A DNA stretch of 64,000 nt from Octopus sinensis (lineage: Eukaryota). The position numbers and the translations under genes are program-made. The notes under the pieces are model-generated. The model did not search any database. It was given only the letters and a program-made list of their open reading frames with translations, and was not told the DNA's origin. Position 1 is the first letter of the stretch. Each line of letters starts with the position of its first letter. The stretch covers positions 12,214,001-12,278,000 of the forward strand of contig NC_043016.1 of the NCBI RefSeq assembly GCF_006345805.1, given 5' to 3'. This document shows, piece after piece, positions 59,501 through 64,000 of the stretch.

Positions 59501-59810
59501 GTTTTCCATTACAGTTCTATTGTCGTCTGGAGTCCATTTTCTCCTAATTTTTGTAGCAGCATTTGGATAACGACCAGATTTACAGTGAAGACCTTCACTC
59601 GGAGTTCGGGTCTCATGAACACAATTGTGATCATATTTATTTGGCATTACACTCATAAAGAGGACTGTGTTGGTGAGGTGTCACAACCCCCAGTGTTTTT
59701 ATCGACACACCATCTCTAGGAGGTTGCCAGACAAGGCTAAGGGGACACTCTTCCCTAAGTGGTAGATTTATCCCCATGAAGACGTCCTCTGCCATTTTTG
59801 TTCTCGGGAT
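56586..59810 (-). mobile_element. R4/Dong-clade non-LTR retrotransposon (RT plus restriction-like endonuclease), near full length but degenerate
   Basis: N-terminus RRKWT.DDNR.VME.YY.S.P. RT relics include YLHFMDELKLY and FSKDNGM*FGVNKC. Also LIIAAQEQALRTN, a CRIC...H...C zinc knuckle followed by RHD, and RLE relic ILWD...PD...PYDSRI..KE.EKIEKYQDL...PVVIGALG. Stop at 56685-56683, then an (AAC)n(AAT)n tail. Confidence 0.9.
58008..58374 (+). mobile_element. Non-autonomous Helitron nested in the R4/Dong element
   Basis: 5' TC..., subterminal GC-rich hairpin (CCTGAGCAACGCCGGG) and 3' CTAG. Inserted between A and T with no TSD. Removing it restores the LINE frame. Confidence 0.88.
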
Positions 59811-60104
59811 GTTCATTATCATCATCATCATCATCATTATCATCATCATCATCATCACCACCACCATCATCATTATTGCTCTCCTGAAGGGTAATGGCTC
59901 CGTCGACAGTACTAATACAGAAATGCGATTGTGATGGCTGTTGACTCCTCAGAATTCATCCGCCTTTAGACAGGTCTTGTTTTTCAACTTGCTGTGTAAC
60001 CAAATTACAAGAAAAACACCCTCCCCACAAAGCAAGCTGTGTGTGGTTGCCGGGTTAGTCACCGACGGCCCGACATTTGTTGTTGTTGATGAGAGAGTAG
60101 CATA

Positions 60105-60630
60105 AACCATCAAAGTATACGAAGCCCATTATACCCATTATGACCACCCGTCTGATAAGAGTACACCAGGCACATGCATCACAACCATATGTGCGCGACA
60201 TGGTGATCTCATATCAAGATAAACAGCGCATGACTTTGCAGGTGGGGCCGAATTAGAATTTTCTTCACGTCTAGTACCCTATCCTGCACAAAAGGTCCCT
60301 GAATAAAGTTTGTTTAAAGATAATGACAAAACACCCATGTTTTCAGTGGTGAATTATTCAAACCCCAAAGCATTCTTATTAACACATTGCTATGATGCTC
60401 CTCCATTACTTCTGCTTGTGATCAGAGATGCACATTTCGTCATCCACCATGGGACATGCTCAACTGGTTACGGTCAAACAACTGATAAGCAAGTCTGTGG
60501 TATTGAACAGAATATTTGCTGTAGCCCATCGTTTATACCAAGACAAAAAAAACCTACAAGATAACACTTCCAATCAGTTGAGATCAGAAGCCACGAGAGC
60601 CACTGCCTGGTACTGCATCAATAATATTAA
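60105..60630 (+). repeat. Family D ~500-bp interspersed repeat, copy 1
   Basis: Clearly alignable to 62790-63305 (e.g. CACAACCATATGTGCGCGACATGGTGATCTCATATCAAGATAAACAGC and GAATATTTGCTGTAGCCCATC). Confidence 0.8.
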
Positions 60631-61059
60631 TATGTTAACTTTGTTTTTATTGCGTACGTACGTACCTGTGGTATGTGTCACACTTACATCAAAGGAAGGC
60701 GTAGAAAAGTTGAAGGGAAAGATACAAAGAAAAAGATAAATAAAAGGTGTTGATCAGAGGCGGTATAGTTGGAGTGAGTGGCAAAGCGGGAGAGAGGAGG
60801 GACAGAGAGGAAGTGAGACAGAAAAGGAGGGATTGAGAGAAAAATAGATACAGTGAATGGTGACTGAAAGGAAGGTGGCGTTCCTTTTCTTGTTTTTAAA
60901 TGTTTATCAGTATTTTCAGAGTAGACTGATACATATATTGAAAGAAAAGTAGATACATAGACACATTGTTAAATCAGTGACAAATAACTCGACAAATGTT
61001 GGATGTCACTTCCACTTTTCATTATCACACGAAGATAAAATGAACGTGGTGACCGAGTA

Positions 61060-61470
61060 CTCTACACATATACTCTTTTACTTGTTTCAGTCATTTGACT
61101 GCGGCCATGCTGGAGCACCGCCTTTAGTCGACCAAATCGACCCCGGGACTTATTCTTTGTAAGCCCAGTACTTATTCTATCGGTCTCTTTTGCCGAACCG
61201 CTAAGTGACGGGGACGTAAACACACCAGCATCGGTTGTCAAGCAATGCTAGGGGGACAAGCACAGACACACAAACACATGCACACACACATACATACATA
61301 TATATGACAGGCTTCTTTCAGTTTCCGTCTACCAAATCCACTCACAAGGCATTGGTCGGCCCGGGGCTATAGCAGAAGACACTTGACCAAGATGCCACGC
61401 AGTGGGACTGAACCCAGAACCATGTGGTTGGTTAGCAAGCTACTTACCACATAGCTACTCCTGCGGCGCC
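61060..61470 (-). mobile_element. tRNA-derived SINE, family A (best-preserved copy)
   Basis: Head GGCGCCGCAGGAGTAGCTATGTGG with a B-box-like GGTTCAGTCCC and an internal (TG/TA)n tract. About 15 copies or fragments, e.g. 930-1170, 8380-8790, 16660-17100, 23170-23460, 27930-28090, 44425-44620, 47100-47310, 53155-53330 and 62220-62490. Confidence 0.85.
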
Positions 61471-62789
61471 TATGCATACCATTAACGTAGTTCTCAGGGA
61501 GATTCAACCTCACACAGAATGTGACAAGGCTGGCCCCTTCGAATTATAGCTGTAACTCATTTTTGCCAGCTGAGAGGACAGCATTAAGGTGAAGTAGAGT
61601 GCCTTGCTCAAGTACACAGTGCGCTCCCGGGAATCGTACACATGACTTTACGATCGTGGGCCGAATACCTCTCAACACTGAGCCACGTACGTTCGCTCTC
61701 TTAACCGTAGAGAAAAGGAGTGAAGCAGTAGAGTCAGGGAAAGGAGAGCCTCAGTCATTTGAAATGACAATTAGACTGAAATACGATCGATCTTTTCTAG
61801 CTTCTTTACTTCTAACAATAAAGAAGAGGGAAAGACATTTAGTAATGAATAGAGGGAAAGTCTTTCTGGTGTTTAGGCTTTCATTCTGGGAGTTCTAGAA
61901 GAATCGAGTGTTACTTCTCACTTCTTTCCCCCACCCTCGATACTTATTCGCCTTGTTCGATAGTTCTTCATGTCTTTCAGCTGGGAGGAAAGACCATGCT
62001 TTTTTTTCAGGCACGTTTAACGTTTTCTCTACAACTACAAACATGACCCCCTCTCTTCCTTTTTTTTCTTTCATTACAAAAACTAATGCAAATTTCGAAC
62101 GGGGTATAACTGTGAAAAGGGCCCAGAACAATGGGTAATACCCCCTACAAAATGGGTGGGGGAGAAAAGTTGCTACACGAAATTCAACCCTATACTTTAT
62201 AAAGAGTCTTCTATTTTAGCCTCGAGCCGACCAAAGCCTTGTGAGTGGATGTAGTGGACGGAAACTGAAAGAAACCCGTCGTGTGTGTGTGTGTGTGTTT
62301 GTCCCCACCACTATAGCTTGACAACCGATGTTGGTGTGTTTGCATCCCTGTAACTTTGTGGTTCGGCAGAAGAAATTGATAGAATAAGCACCAGACTTAC
62401 AAGGAATAAGTCCAGGGGTTGATTTCTTCGACTAAAGGGCGGTGCTCCAGCATGGCCACAGTCAAATGACTGAAACAAGTGAAAGAATAAAAGAATAGCA
62501 GAATAACGTTCCGTACCACTAAAACCAAGAAGGTTCTTTGAATATGTTCGATGAATTTTATGGCTAAATAGTAATTCTCTTTACAGTGTCACAACGTTCT
62601 GTAAGTGTCTTACTTTCTAGTACTTTCTAGTACTTTACTAGGTTCATGTTCATAACCATTATTAGTTTGTTAAAATCCTAGCTTTCTACATAACTCCCAG
62701 TGGATTACTCTCCCTCGGTTGTCATATCCTTTCTTGTATTATTTCTATGCCAGCATGCTACATTCACTTATTATTATTATTGAGTGAGA

Positions 62790-63305
62790 GAGCAGTTCAT
62801 GCCATCAAAATAACACTGGGGTAAAATATACGAAGCTCAATATACCCATCATGACTACGCGTCTGATAAGGGTACACTAGGCACATACATCACAACCATA
62901 TATGCGCGACATAGTGATTTCATATCAAGATAAACAGCACATGACGTGGCAGGTGGGGCCCAGTTAGAATTTTCTTCTGGTCGAGTACTCCATCCGCTCA
63001 AAAGGTCCCTGAATAAGGATGTTGAACGAAACACCCATGTTTAAGGTCCCTGTTTAAGGATGTTGAACGAAACACCCATGTTTCCAGAGGTGAATTATTC
63101 AAACCCCAAAGAATATCTCTCAATACATAGCTAGGATGCTCCCCCATTACTTCTGCTCGTGATCAGAGATGCACATATCGTTAGCCACTAAGGGGCATGC
63201 TCAACTGCTTAAGGTCTAACAAATGACAAGCAAATCTGTGGTATTGAGCAGAATATTTGCTGTAGCCCATCTTATATACCAAGACAAAACAATGTACATG
63301 ATAAC
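62790..63305 (+). repeat. Family D ~500-bp interspersed repeat, copy 2, with an internal 41-bp tandem duplication (~63002-63083)
   Basis: Direct homolog of 60105-60630. AAGGTCCCTG..TAAGGATGTTGAACGAAACACCCATGTTT occurs twice. Confidence 0.8.
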
Positions 63306-64000
63306 CAGAGAAATTGTATTCACCTCAATAGTCGTCATTGATTGGTTGAAATTGCCGAAATGCAAGAAATTAAACAACAAATAGCTTACAAACTACAGGA
63401 TTTTCTCAAGAACGCAGGAGAAAAAGATGTTTTATGTAACACATTCTACCAGTATACGAAGTTTAAAAGTGTTTAATTACAAAGAAATTATTTTTAAAAT
63501 CTGCCGGTCAAAGCGAAAAGATCCAATAATAGCAGATTGAGAGAGATACTACTCTGAAATGACAAAGAATTATTAGTACATCAACATGTGATTTGCCCAA
63601 CATATCTGAAAGCAACTGTGCTTCTTCGTGAAGGTGGAAGTTCTTAATCATCTATCAGATTCCTCTGTCTTGACCGCCCTCCTGGGTAAGTGTGACTGTA
63701 AAAATGCATGCTGAACGGTTTTTATAGAGGGCCGAAAGCCAAATTCTAGAATGTTCGAGAGAACCCCATCCACTCCATCGATTGGTTAATAGACCGATCA
63801 CGTGAAGCTATGGAGCTTGCTCATCGTGCGAACGAGAAAATGTAGTCGTGTAGTTGTGACCATCTTGTAACACTTTATCCATTTTTTAAAAACATATTTA
63901 ACACGTAGGGTATGATCTAAGGAAGATTTGACTAGTATTTCTAGCAGTTTAGGGAGTTTGGTGCTGCAGTGTTGCTGTGAGGTAATGGTGATGGCGGCGT

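Noticed and set aside
59640-60070. HDV-like ribozyme at the 5' end of the R4 element
   Set aside because: I could not build a convincing P1-P2-P3-P1.1-P4 pseudoknot by eye. It needs a descriptor or CM search.
930-62490. tRNA genes suggested by A/B-box motifs
   Set aside because: All belong to SINE heads, and none forms a cloverleaf.

Overview
AT-rich, microsatellite- and SINE-dense eukaryotic genomic DNA. The repeat style points to an animal, and my inference is an octopod cephalopod. The left ~41 kb holds one multi-exon minus-strand gene, a cramped/CRAMP1 homolog (SANT-domain chromatin regulator). I assembled it by hand from 16 phase-compatible GT-AG coding exons: ATG at 40549, ~1052 codons inside the window, 3' end running off the left edge. 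One exon carries an apparent 1-nt frameshift. The introns and the gene-free right ~23 kb are a mosaic of transposon relics: maT/DD37D, mariner and rosa-like Tc1/mariner elements, a Merlin mini-element with two MITEs sharing its termini, piggyBac-type MITEs, a Gypsy pol+LTR fragment, a TGT..ACA element with a 5-bp TSD, an R4/Dong-type non-LTR element interrupted by a Helitron, L2/CR1 and RTE fragments, three abundant SINE-like families and several long palindromes. Most ORFs in the supplied track are spurious or microsatellite artefacts. I found no tRNA, rRNA or CRISPR features and no convincing novel multi-gene system. The most interesting items are gene-structure anomalies, the Merlin element family, nested insertions and a CpG-decay boundary.
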